A DNA stretch of 64,000 bases from an uncultured Armatimonadetes bacterium (GCA_963716175.1 OY970296.1:3264001-3328000); one strand, 5' to 3'; shown: positions 18,030-27,756, counted from the first letter of the stretch. Translations and numbers: made by a program. Notes: generated by a model not told the origin, from the sequence alone.

Positions 18030-18632
18030 TTAGGCCACGCCGGCCCGTTGCTTATGCGCGAGGTTGCTCAACACCCGTACGCAGATCGCGTTCAGACACT
18101 GGAATACGCCCTCCCCCTGAATCGCAACCCCCTCCAGGCTGGGCACCTGCCGCGGGTTGATCACATACTGCAGATATTCCACGGGTGCGATGTTGGCCAG
18201 ATCCCGCTTGTTGTACTGCACCACGTACGGCGTGGTCTCCAGGCTGTACCCGTAGGCCGCCAGGTTGTCTGTCAGGTTGCGGAAGCTCTCCAGGTTCTCC
18301 CGCATCTTCTCCCACTGCGAGTCGCACACGAAGATGACCCCATCCACTCCTCGCAGCACCAGCTTTCGGGTGGAGTTGTACATCACCTGGCCCGGCACCG
18401 TGTAGAGCTGGAACTTGGTCCGGAACCCGTGGATCTGGGCCGCCTCCAGGGGGAGGAAGTCGAAGAAGAGGGTGCGTTCGCCCGGGGTGGCGAGCGACAC
18501 CATGTTCCCCCGCTTGTCCGGCTCCGTGTGCTGATGGATATACTGCAAGTTCGTGGTCTTGCCGCACATGCCCGGCCCGTAGTACACGATCTTGCAGCTG
18601 ATCTCTTTCAGGGCGTAGTTGACGGAGGCCAT
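18030..18632 (-). CDS. mglA: MglA-family small Ras-like GTPase
   Basis: KIVYYGPGMCGKTTNL, RTLFFDFLP, YTVPGQV, QYNKRDL. Confidence 0.95.
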   Translation of the reverse strand: MASVNYALKEISCKIVYYGPGMCGKTTNLQYIHQHTEPDKRGNMVSLATPGERTLFFDFLPLEAAQIHGFRTKFQLYTVPGQVMYNSTRKLVLRGVDGVIFVCDSQWEKMRENLESFRNLTDNLAAYGYSLETTPYVVQYNKRDLANIAPVEYLQYVINPRQVPSLEGVAIQGEGVFQCLNAICVRVLSNLAHKQRAGVA

Positions 18633-18666
18633 CGCTCGAGCCGTCCTTTCTCCCGTGGTCCCTTGC

Positions 18667-19617
18667 TCAGACGGTGGCGAACAGCACCGACTCGGTCTCG
18701 CTTACTTTGGCCCACGCAGGTGGGGAGGGAGGAGGAAGCTCAAGCGCCTCGGGCGGAAGCTGGGGCACGATCCACTCCAGGGGCAGAATCACCAGCGCGG
18801 CCTCGCGCTCCAGGTCGAACTCCAGAGGCGCCCGCATCGTCCCCGGCGGTAGCCATTCGTGCAGGTCTATCAGCCGGGCCACGATGCGCGCCTCTCTTAG
18901 CTGTGGGATGATCACCTCCAAAGGTATTGGCACTGGGTGCGATTCGTCGTAGTCGTGCACATTCTCGCCCCATAGGTCTTCCGGTACCTGCGCCAGCAGC
19001 GGCCGCAGCGGCACCTCCACCGTGCCCTCCAGCTCCATCAGCGGTCGTGCCAGATCCTGCGGCTGATTCCCGAGCGAGCCCTTGGCCCGCGTATCCCATA
19101 CCGGGATCGCTTGGTCCCCACCCACCAGCACCAGAGCGGGATCGCCATCTCGCCTCGGGCCTGCGGCGGAGACCGCCGCCGCGCTCTCCGCGAACCGCTT
19201 AGTGGACCGCTTGCCAACACTCCTCACGGGAAGCAGCACGCGCAGAGGGTAGAAAATCATGAGCGCGAAGAGAGCGGTGCAGACCCGTGGCCCCAGGGTG
19301 GCGGTGCGGTCCAGGGCGAGGGTAAGGTCGGTGACTCCTTGAAACAGGTTCAGCGCGAGGGCGGCCGCAGTGGCCAGCGCCAACCGCAGGAACACCAGCA
19401 CCAGGATGCCCAGCATCCATCCGCTGAGCGAGATCCCCGATCGCCAGGCGTAGACCGCGGTGCCGAAGATCGCGATCTCCACCGCCCAGGCCGTGGGCCC
19501 GGAGATCTGCCATTCCGGCGCGGACTTGATCTGGGCCACTTGCAGGCAAAGCACTACCGCGGCCACGAAGGAGATGGCCATCGACAACGCGCTGATTGCA
19601 GTGAATTCCCTGCGCAT
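18667..19617 (-). CDS. Membrane protein (4 TM) with cytoplasmic C-terminal repeat domain
   Basis: Hydrophobic N-terminal half; three V/I-x-x-PL..I/L.xQ(L/V) repeats; GGAGG RBS; first gene of pil locus. Confidence 0.65.
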   Translation of the reverse strand: MRREFTAISALSMAISFVAAVVLCLQVAQIKSAPEWQISGPTAWAVEIAIFGTAVYAWRSGISLSGWMLGILVLVFLRLALATAAALALNLFQGVTDLTLALDRTATLGPRVCTALFALMIFYPLRVLLPVRSVGKRSTKRFAESAAAVSAAGPRRDGDPALVLVGGDQAIPVWDTRAKGSLGNQPQDLARPLMELEGTVEVPLRPLLAQVPEDLWGENVHDYDESHPVPIPLEVIIPQLREARIVARLIDLHEWLPPGTMRAPLEFDLEREAALVILPLEWIVPQLPPEALELPPPSPPAWAKVSETESVLFATV

Positions 19618-19739
19618 GGCCTCCCAACTCGGCGCGGACCTGACTGCCGATACCCCTCTCCCGGACGAGCTCTGTCCCCATGAAACAGAGGCACTCGCGC
19701 GCCGGCCGCCGCAGCCCGCGCTGCCGCGAAAACTAGAGA

Positions 19740-19750
19740 CTTATTCCACA
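19740..19750 (-). promoter_or_regulatory. TGTGGAATAAG motif upstream of pil locus
   Basis: Identical to 6312-6322. Confidence 0.45.
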
Positions 19751-19941
19751 TTTGTCTGGGAAGATACCATCGGCCAGGAGGCGCCCAGAAGCACCCGAAA
19801 TCCCCTCACCACGAGGTTCGAAAAACCCCGAGAACAGCCTCTGCTATGGCCCTGTAACCGCATCAGACAAGGGCCTTCGATTCTTGTTCCATGATGATGG
19901 AGGAATTGCGCGATGGTGACAATGCTGGATGGGCTCGCGGC

Positions 19942-19965
19942 TGATGTGAGGATATCCTTACATCA
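19942..19965. promoter_or_regulatory. 24-bp near-perfect palindrome, candidate operator
   Basis: TGATGTGAGGATATCCTTACATCA, one mismatch, no loop, in pknB-pil intergenic region. Confidence 0.5.
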
Positions 19966-20007
19966 CCGCGCGGGGCGGGCAGCCTGTGCGCGCCTGCCGC
20001 CCGCGGC

Positions 20008-21678
20008 TCAGGGTTGGTACTGGCGCTCGGCTCGCACCTGGCCGTTCACTAGCACGCGGACGGTGGTGGGACCGTTCACGGGAAGGGTCTGCGTGGGGAT
20101 GTCTTCGCCGGCCGCGTGATGCCCTTCATAGATCGTGTGGCGGCCCTTGTCGTCGGTCACCTCGACCGTGACGTCAACCTTGCCCGGCCCCACATCGTTG
20201 GGCACCGTGAACTCGAGCTTCTCTTCCCCTGCTGGTCTCGGTGCGCTGGGCAGCGGCGGCCCGGGCGGAAGCGATGGTCGCGGGCCCAAGCTCACCACGA
20301 TGTCCACCTCCGTGCCCCTGACCACACGCGCCCCGGGGTTGGGCAGCGTGCTGGCCACATAGGTGGCCGGCACGTGATCGTCGTAGGCCTCTTGCACCGC
20401 GCCCAGCGCCAACCCGGCCGCCTCCAGGTTCCGCTTCGCCTGGACCACGGACATCTGCGTGGCGTTCGGGACGACCACGTTCCTGAACCCCTCGCTCAGC
20501 ACCACCTTCACCACCACGGCCGGCGGCACTTCCGCGTTCGCCGGGGGATCCTGGCTGAGCACTGCTCCCTCCTCCACCTCCTGGCTCTCCCGCCGGCCCA
20601 CCACGCGGTACTCCAGCCGCACCCGCTTCAGGTATTCGTGGGCGCCAGCGCTGCTCATCCCCACCAGGTCCGGCACTCTCACTAGGTTCCCCCGCACTCG
20701 CGTCGAGGCCCAGAGTGTCAGCGCCGCCACCACCGCGGCTAGCACCACCGCCGACGCGCCAAAGGCGAGCGCCCTCCGCCTGCCGCGCCGCGCCGCTTCC
20801 CCTCCCGCCGAGGCCGCCCTCCGCCACCATCGTCCCCGGCCCGGTCGCCACACCCCCTGCTCTGTCCGCGGACAGGCCGCCAGGTAGCCCAGCAGCTCCC
20901 GCGCCGAGGCGAACCGCCGCGAGAGCTCTTTCTCCAGGCAGGTGGCGACCATCGAGTCCACCTCTGCCGGCAGCCCCGGCCTCAACTCCCGCAGCCGCGG
21001 CGGCTGGTCGTAGATGTGCTTGTGCAGCACCGCCAGCCGCTCGCCTCCGTCGAAGGGCGGCCGCCCAATCAGCATCTCGAACAGAGTGACCCCCAGGGAG
21101 TAGACATCGCTCTGCGGCCCCACCACATCTCCCCGCGCCTGCTCCGGCGAAACGTAGTTGACCGACCCCACGATGGTGCCAGTCTCGGTGTTGCTGGAGG
21201 ACGACATCGCCCGGGCGATGCCGAAATCCGTCACTTTGACTTGCCCCTCGGGCCCCACCAGGATGTTGTGTGGCTTGATGTCCCGGTGCACCACGCCGGC
21301 GGAGTGGGCCGCCTCCAACGCCTCTGCGGTCTCGCCGGCGATGCGCAGGGCCTCCTCCAGGGCTAGCGGGCCTTGTCGGGTCAACCGCGCCTTCAGGCTC
21401 TCGCCGGCCACGTACTCCATCACTATGTAATGGTAGGGCCCGTCGTTCCCGCTGTCGTAGACTCCTGCGATGTGCTCGTGGGTGATGCCGGCCGCGGCCC
21501 GCGCCTCCCGGCGAAACCGCGCCAGGAACTCGGCATCGGCCGCCAGCTCCGGCCGCATCACCTTGATCGCCACCGCCCGCCCCAACACGCCGTCGCGGCC
21601 CCGATAGGTGACGGCCATCCCACCCTCGCCGATCTTGTCCAGGATCTCGTAGCGGTGGTTCAGCACCTGGCCGATCAT
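20008..21678 (-). CDS. pknB: PASTA-domain Ser/Thr protein kinase (PknB/PrkC)
   Basis: IGEGGMA, VAIK, HRDIKPHN, DFGIAR, YVSPEQ; TM; two PASTA repeats (VPDLVG, VPNATQ). Confidence 0.93.
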   Translation of the reverse strand: MIGQVLNHRYEILDKIGEGGMAVTYRGRDGVLGRAVAIKVMRPELAADAEFLARFRREARAAAGITHEHIAGVYDSGNDGPYHYIVMEYVAGESLKARLTRQGPLALEEALRIAGETAEALEAAHSAGVVHRDIKPHNILVGPEGQVKVTDFGIARAMSSSSNTETGTIVGSVNYVSPEQARGDVVGPQSDVYSLGVTLFEMLIGRPPFDGGERLAVLHKHIYDQPPRLRELRPGLPAEVDSMVATCLEKELSRRFASARELLGYLAACPRTEQGVWRPGRGRWWRRAASAGGEAARRGRRRALAFGASAVVLAAVVAALTLWASTRVRGNLVRVPDLVGMSSAGAHEYLKRVRLEYRVVGRRESQEVEEGAVLSQDPPANAEVPPAVVVKVVLSEGFRNVVVPNATQMSVVQAKRNLEAAGLALGAVQEAYDDHVPATYVASTLPNPGARVVRGTEVDIVVSLGPRPSLPPGPPLPSAPRPAGEEKLEFTVPNDVGPGKVDVTVEVTDDKGRHTIYEGHHAAGEDIPTQTLPVNGPTTVRVLVNGQVRAERQYQP

Positions 21679-21696
21679 GGTAGCTGTGATCTCACC

Positions 21697-21945
21697 TTAC
21701 CGTCGGAACCCGTGATACAGCACCACCCCCATCGCCAGCGCCAGCAGCACGATGGAGCTGATCACCATCACCTGGGAGACCACTGTGGACTGCGGGACCA
21801 CGGCCGTCGTGAATAGCAGCGCCGCGGCGGCCAGAAACAGCAGCGCCAGCCCGATGTTGCGGCCGCGCCGTCGCGCCTGGATATAGGCGGTACCCAGCAC
21901 CCAGATCAGCACCGCCCCCGCCATGCCGTAGTACAGCCACCTCAC
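21697..21945 (-). CDS. Small 3-TM membrane protein
   Basis: GTG start after GGAGG; hydrophobic 82 aa; joined to upstream ORF in the track only because of a frameshift. Confidence 0.6.
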   Translation of the reverse strand: MRWLYYGMAGAVLIWVLGTAYIQARRRGRNIGLALLFLAAAALLFTTAVVPQSTVVSQVMVISSIVLLALAMGVVLYHGFRR

Positions 21946-22019
21946 CTCATGCACCTCCCGGCCGGTGTCACTGGCCCGGATACGGCAGTCCGTCCCTTGC
22001 CTCCTGCTCGCCGCTGTTC

Positions 22020-22138
22020 TGTAGGGCGGGCACAAGGCTAGGTTGCCGCTACGGCGACCGCTGGCTAGGCCGGCAAAGCCGGCCGCCATCCCGGCCCTAT
22101 CGGGCCTAGGGACATCCCGGCCTTCAGGCCTAGGGACC
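22020..22138. repeat. REP half-unit plus imperfect tandem repeat
   Basis: TGTAGGGCGGGCA at 22020; ATCCCGGCC..GGCCTAGGGAC twice within 22088-22138. Confidence 0.55.
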
Positions 22139-23853
22139 GTTGCCCGCCGCCGTCCTGGAGGGCGCACGCGCCGGCCCGGTAGGCGGATCTGCCTGTCGTC
22201 GGAGGGCCGCCTGTTCCGCTCGCGGAGATGTCGCCTGTCCCCCGAAGCGTATACGTGAATCGCGCTCTGCGGCTGCACCGGGCAGGCCCGTTCGCACAGT
22301 CCGCACCCCACGCAGATGCGCTCATCCACTACCGGCCGTCCCAGGCCGTCAACTCGCTTCTGTGTGATCGCATTATAGGAGCAGGCCTCATCGCAGATCA
22401 GGCACTGTTTGTCTGCGGCCCAGGCGATGCACATGCTGCGATCAACCACCGCGGTCCCGAGGTAGAGATAAGTCTTCTCGTCTGTGGTGAAAGGCTCGAT
22501 CGCGTGCACCGGGCAGACCTGCCCGCACAGCACGCAGGCCTGCGCGCAGGCCCCGATTCGCGGCACCAGGATGGGGGTCTCCAGCGCTTCCAGCCCTCCC
22601 TCTCCCAAGGCCGGTTGCAGGGTATTGGTGGGGCACACCTTCATGCACTCCCCACAGCGCACGCAAGCAGTCACGAACTGCTCCTCCGGCAGCGCCCCCG
22701 GCGGCCGGATCAGCCTGTCGCTGGCAAACTTCGTCACCCCTAGCTCCGACTTGCTCGCCACCCAGTCCATCTTCGGCAGCGCCACCGCGGCCAGGCCCAG
22801 CCCTGCCGCCTGCAGCAGCCGCCGACGATCGAGCTGGAGCCCATCCATCCGGTTGGTCTGAGCCCGACGCGTGGTGAGAGAGATCGCTTGCACCGGGCAC
22901 ACCGCGATGCAGCTATAGCATCCAATGCACTCCACCCCGCAGTAGCTGCGCGGGTCATCGCCGATCGCGCCCATCTTGCACTCGTCTACACAGCGCATAC
23001 ACTGAGTGCACTGCTCTGACACCGCCAGCCTCACCGGGGACGCCTTTCCCAGAAAGCCGAGCAGCGCGCCCAGAGGACACAGGTTCCGGCACCAGAAACG
23101 CCGCGCCAGGCCGCTCAGGGCCACTAGTCCCACGAACAGCCCCAGGGTAACCAGACCCAGCCGGAAATGCACCGGCCTGATGGTGTGGTTGAAGACGAAC
23201 TGAAACGGGCTCGCCACCCGCAGCACCCACTGATGGCGGTCCGCAAAATCGGAATAGGTGGTCGCGGTCACGCTGTCGCTGGTGAGGCCGGCGACCCATT
23301 GCACCGCGGGCAGCGCCACCAGAGTGGAGGCCCGGGTGAGGAGTGCGATCGGGTCCAAGAGGTAGACTGCGGACAGACCGACGCTCTGGGAAACCGACAG
23401 CTCCCCGGCCGAGCGATGGGCCGCGGGCAGGATGATGGTGAGCAGCAGCGCCACCAGCAGGTAGAACTTGACCCGCCGGTAGGGAGGGCGTCCACTGCCG
23501 GACGATGCCCTCGGCCTCCCACGGATGCGGAACAGGCGCTGGCAGAGATCGAGGGTGGTGCCCAGGGGGCAGACCCAGCCGCAGAACACTCGCCCCAGCA
23601 GCAGGCTGAGCAAAATCACCGGGAGGGCGAACCAGAGCAGCGGGAAGATGAGCTTCCTCAGGGAGGCCATCGCCGAGAGGGCGAGCAGGGGATCGGCGCG
23701 CAGAAACAAGTCCGGCGGTATGCGCGTGGAGGCGAAGCGCGCGGCACAGGCGAACAGCACCACGAAACCAGCGAAGAACACGAGCTGCGAGGCCCGCCGC
23801 AGGCCTCGCAGTCCGCCTCCGCGGGCTCGCCCGCCTCCGGCGGATTCAGACAT
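22130..23853 (-). CDS. Membrane polyferredoxin (NapH/MauN-like + NapG/MauM-like 4Fe-4S domains), probable frameshift near 22225
   Basis: GRVFCGWVCPLG, RFWCRNLCPLG, several CxxCxxCxxxCP, IRPPGA..CVRCGECMKVCP; shifted frame ends RAEQAALRRQ..GP* at 22130. Confidence 0.82.
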
Positions 23854-24778
23854 GCTTGACCTTGATCCGATCTAGGCGCAGCTCTCCCACCCCCGCGGCG
23901 TAGGCCAGCTTCAAGTGTCCGACCTGGTTCGGCCTGAGCCCGCCCAGCAGGGTGGTCCCATACGCATCCACCGCCAGCGGATCGGTCCCGGCCACCACCA
24001 GGCCGCGATTCTCCGTCTGGCCGGGGCCTTTGGGGCCATTGGTGAGCAGGGTCCGCACCGCGTCCAGGATGACCAGGCGCGGCTTGTAATGAGCTGCGAA
24101 ATCCGCGATGCACTGATCCAGGCTCGCGCTCTCATGCCAGGCGTTCCGGTCCCACACCAGTCCCATCAGGTTCTTGCAGCCCAGGGTCACGGTGGTGGAG
24201 TTGTGCACCTTGGCGATGGGCACATTGATCCAGGCGTCGGCCCGCAGCAGGTCGCGCAGCACGCTGGCCTGCTTCAGCGCTCTGCCCCGCGGCAACTGCA
24301 CCGGCTGGTACATTCCCAGGGAGCGCCCGGAGATCACCCGCGCCCCCGCCGCCTCCGCCGCCGCGGCGATCCCGCTCATCTTCATCACCATTGTGTCCGG
24401 GCTATCCAGCGTGTGATCAACCACCTTTACCTCGCGCGCCCCGGCCGCCCGGCAGAGGCGCACGATCTCGGCCACCACCTCGGGGTTGGTGTTGGCGGCC
24501 TGCTCGGGCTTGCGCGCCCAGGTCATGTTCGGTTTCACCACCACCGTGCCGCCGGGCTTGATAAACTTCTTCATGCCGCCCAGGCTTTCCACCGCTGCCC
24601 GGACCAGGCCCGCCGGGTCCCGCTTGGAGGCCACCACAATGGTAGGGGCGGCCGCGGCTTCGGCCTCAGCCTCAGACAGACCCTCCACGCCGGCCACCCG
24701 GCCGAGACCATAGGCGGCCGCTCCCGCCGCCACCGCGCGCCTGAAGAACTCTCGCCGTGTTATCCTATCACAACCCAT
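23846..24778 (-). CDS. Tat-exported DUF362 domain protein
   Basis: TRREFF twin-arginine signal; VVVKPN, TNPEVV, INVPIAKVH, LGCKNLMG, DPLAVD. Confidence 0.87.
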   Translation of the reverse strand: MGCDRITRREFFRRAVAAGAAAYGLGRVAGVEGLSEAEAEAAAAPTIVVASKRDPAGLVRAAVESLGGMKKFIKPGGTVVVKPNMTWARKPEQAANTNPEVVAEIVRLCRAAGAREVKVVDHTLDSPDTMVMKMSGIAAAAEAAGARVISGRSLGMYQPVQLPRGRALKQASVLRDLLRADAWINVPIAKVHNSTTVTLGCKNLMGLVWDRNAWHESASLDQCIADFAAHYKPRLVILDAVRTLLTNGPKGPGQTENRGLVVAGTDPLAVDAYGTTLLGGLRPNQVGHLKLAYAAGVGELRLDRIKVKHV

Positions 24779-24828
24779 AGTGCCTTCCTCAAGGGGATTC
24801 AGAAACCCGTGCAGGGCCACCCGGCCGC

Positions 24829-24854
24829 AGGGCAGGAGCGCGCTCCTGCCCTAC
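24829..24854. repeat. GTAG-type REP-like hairpin
   Basis: Minus strand GTAGGGCAGGAGCGCGCTCCTGCCCT just downstream of SurA-like gene. Confidence 0.55.
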
Positions 24855-24864
24855 CGCCCGCCGG

Positions 24865-26619
24865 TCAACGCGACTTGGGCGGAGCCTGCGGAGGCGCGGA
24901 CGCCGGTCCCTGTGGCGGAGCCTGCGGGGCGGCCCGCGAGGGCCCTCTTGGCGGGGCCTGGGGTGCAGCCGGCTTGCCCGCCGGTGGTGCGGTGGGCTTG
25001 CCTGCCGGTTGGGTGGCGGGCTGCTGCTTCGCCGCCTCCGCCGCCCGCTGCTCGGCCATCGCTTTCTGCTTCTCCGCCTGCGCCTTCTGATAGTCCGTCA
25101 GCCACTCCTGCTCTTTCTGCACCAGGTCCGTCTTGCCCAGCCGCTGGTAAATGGAGGCCAGCTCCCGGTGGACGGTTGGCGTGTCACTCCAGTTGCTCGC
25201 CTCCTGGTACCAGGATAATGCCTCCTCTGGTTTGCCCACATGTTCCGTGGCCTGGCCCAGGCCCAGCAGGGCCTCGGCCCGGGCATCGGGCAGTGCCAGC
25301 TTCTGGTCTTGGGAGACCGCGTCCACGGCCGCGCTATAGTTATCAGCCGCTTCCTTCCATTGGTTGCCCGCCGCTTGCAGCTTGGCCAGGTCGTAGTAGA
25401 TAGCCGCCCCCAGCACCCCCCTCGGGCGACCTGCTTCCGCGGCCGCCTTGCCCAGCTCCGCTGCCGCCTCCTTCTCCTTGCCCTGCTGCATGTCCCGATA
25501 GGCCAGCACCTCGGGCGCCTTGATCTCCACCTTTGCCTGCGCGCCCAGTCTGGCAGTGTACCCCTGCCAGACCTGTTGCTGCTGCCTCTGTGCCAGGCTC
25601 GCCAGCAGTTGCTGCTTGTTCTTCTCGAAGTCCTTCGGCAGCTCGCGCTTCCGGTCGTCGAGCCGATACACGTAGTAACCGGCCGCCGCCTTGAACGGTT
25701 TGCTGATCTCGTCTGGCTTGAGCGCGGCTATCACCTTCTGCAGCTCGGGCGGAAAGGCGGTCATCGCGGTCCACGGTTGGCCACCCGCCGGCTGCTTTCG
25801 CGGGCCATCCGATTCGGTCTGTACCAGGCTGTCGAAGCTGGTCCCTTGCTCGAGTTTGGCCAGCAGGTCCTCGATGCGCTTGCGCGCCTGCTCGTCGGTG
25901 CGAGTGGTCCCTCCCTTGGGATGGAGCAGGACCACGAGCTGAGTGTAGCGCACCCGGTCATAGGAGGTGAGCAGATCCTGCTCGCTCGGTGTCGCCGCTC
26001 CCGCTAGCTTTCGCTGCAGCTTTCCTACCGTCAGCTCCTCCTTCAGCTCGCCGCTGTCCTGCTTCAGGAGGCGGTTCACCATCCACTTGCGGAACGCGCC
26101 CTCGCTCATGCTCCGGGCGGCCTGCTTGCCCTCGGTCTGGGCCACGATCCGGCCTAGCGCCTCCCCCAGCTGGTCCCCCTTGTACCGCGCCCGGAGCTGC
26201 TCCAGCTGCTGGTCAGCGATCTTCTCGGCCTGCTGCGCCACCTCCCGGCCCGACACCGCGATCTTGTCGGCCACCGCCTGTGCCAGCAGCACTTGGTCCA
26301 GCACCGCCTGGTCGAAGGCCTGGAGCCAGAAGCGCCCGATCTGATCCAGGCCCACCGTCTGCCCGATGGAGGCGTAGATGGGCACGATCTGGCCCATCAT
26401 CTGATCGAAGCGCCGATCCACCCGGGCCCGCGGCAGAGGCCGGCCGTTCACCACCGCCACGATGTCCTGCGCGCCCACCTCCGCCTCTTGCTCCGGGCCA
26501 TGAGGCCTCAGCCCGGGGGTGAAGACAAAGGGCAGGCCGATGATGAAGACGCCGATGATGACGTACAGCACGTATCGGAGGTGCACGGCGAAGCGTCGCC
26601 TCATCCCCTGAATGGACAT
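24865..26619 (-). CDS. SurA/PrsA-like chaperone: SurA_N + parvulin-like PPIase + TPR, Pro/Ala-rich tail
   Basis: N-terminal TM, VAVVNG, GTSFDSLVQTESD, ALKPDEISKPFK..GYYVY, TPR helices. Confidence 0.78.
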   Translation of the reverse strand: MSIQGMRRRFAVHLRYVLYVIIGVFIIGLPFVFTPGLRPHGPEQEAEVGAQDIVAVVNGRPLPRARVDRRFDQMMGQIVPIYASIGQTVGLDQIGRFWLQAFDQAVLDQVLLAQAVADKIAVSGREVAQQAEKIADQQLEQLRARYKGDQLGEALGRIVAQTEGKQAARSMSEGAFRKWMVNRLLKQDSGELKEELTVGKLQRKLAGAATPSEQDLLTSYDRVRYTQLVVLLHPKGGTTRTDEQARKRIEDLLAKLEQGTSFDSLVQTESDGPRKQPAGGQPWTAMTAFPPELQKVIAALKPDEISKPFKAAAGYYVYRLDDRKRELPKDFEKNKQQLLASLAQRQQQQVWQGYTARLGAQAKVEIKAPEVLAYRDMQQGKEKEAAAELGKAAAEAGRPRGVLGAAIYYDLAKLQAAGNQWKEAADNYSAAVDAVSQDQKLALPDARAEALLGLGQATEHVGKPEEALSWYQEASNWSDTPTVHRELASIYQRLGKTDLVQKEQEWLTDYQKAQAEKQKAMAEQRAAEAAKQQPATQPAGKPTAPPAGKPAAPQAPPRGPSRAAPQAPPQGPASAPPQAPPKSR

Positions 26620-26757
26620 GCCGGAACTACCTTTCCTTCCTGGTATTGCTCACCGCGGGGCCAGCGCCGCGCGCGGCCGCGCATCCCACCCCGCCCGCGA
26701 CCAAAGGACCGCCCGCGGCGGATCCGCCCGCGGGCCTGGTGGGGGAATCGCCGTCCG

Positions 26758-27222
26758 TCACTCCTTCGCCGCCGCCTCCGGCGCCGCGCTCATGCGCTCC
26801 CGCGCCGCGCGCACCGCCGCCAGCACCCTGGTCACGTACTCCTCGAGATTGGCCAGCGCCCGGGTGGCGTAGTCCTCCGCGCCCCGCCGGATCTCGGTCG
26901 CTTCGCTGGTAGCGCGCTCGATGATCTCCTCCGCTCGCTCCGTGCCGCGCCTCACTACTTCGTCATTGGACACCAGCAGCGCGGCCTGTTCGCGCGCCTC
27001 CTCCAGCAGCCGGTCGCGCTCCGCCTCCGCGCTCTCCAGGATGCGCTGCCTCTCCTGCACCACGCGGGCAGCGGTCTTGATCTCCTCCGGCAGGGCCGAG
27101 CGGATCCGGTTGACCTGGGTGAAGAAGCGGTCCAGATCGAACCCCCAAGCTCGGTGCAAGACCTGCGGCCGATGCTCCTCGCCCATCCGCTCCAGTTCTT
27201 CCAGCCGCTTCAGGATCTCTAT
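26758..27222 (-). CDS. Coiled-coil DivIVA/ATP synthase b-like protein typically following coaD
   Basis: [29 protein letters not shown]; AAAGGAGG RBS followed by ATA. Confidence 0.75.
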   Translation of the reverse strand: MEILKRLEELERMGEEHRPQVLHRAWGFDLDRFFTQVNRIRSALPEEIKTAARVVQERQRILESAEAERDRLLEEAREQAALLVSNDEVVRRGTERAEEIIERATSEATEIRRGAEDYATRALANLEEYVTRVLAAVRAARERMSAAPEAAAKE

Positions 27223-27756
27223 GGGGATCCCTCCTTTCCCACCATCCGAGGCTTGTCCGCCGGCCGTGTGGCGGACTTGCCTGCCAGCCGCTGCTTCAGC
27301 AAACGCTCCACGTGAGGGGGCACGAACTGCGACACTGTTCCTCCGAAGAACGCCAGATCGCAGACGATGCTCGAGCTCAGGTAATGCCACTCCGGCGCGG
27401 GCGTGAAAAACACCGTCTCCACCTCCGGCGCCAGCGTCCGGTTGGTGGAGGCCATCTGCAGCTCGAACTCGAAGTCGGACACCGCCCGCAGGCCCCGCAC
27501 GATCACCCCCGCGCCGGCCTTGCGCGGCGAACTCCACCACCAGGCCCGGCACCACCGCCACTTCCACATTCGACATGCCGACACAGGCCTGCCGGAGCAT
27601 GTCCACCCGCTCCTCGGTGGTGAACAAGGCTGCCTTTCTGGGGTTCACCGACACACCCACGATCACCTTGTCGAACAGCGCCGCCGCGCGCCGCACCACA
27701 TCCAGGTGACCATACGTCACCGGGTCGAATGTGCCTGCATACAGGGCCGTGACCAA
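27219..27756 (-). CDS. coaD: Phosphopantetheine adenylyltransferase, +1 frameshift near 27525
   Basis: [14 protein letters not shown] in one frame, [22 protein letters not shown] in the next. Confidence 0.9.

Noticed and set aside
22040-22145. Possible c-di-GMP-I riboswitch (GGCAAAGCC..GGCCTA..GTTGCC)
   Set aside because: Lacks the GNRA-capped P2 and GACGCAAAGC arrangement and lies antisense to the flanking genes
21697-23853. Apparent 718-aa polyferredoxin-membrane protein fusion
   Set aside because: The linker reads through repeat-rich intergenic DNA after a probable indel near 22225; the small membrane gene has its own RBS and GTG
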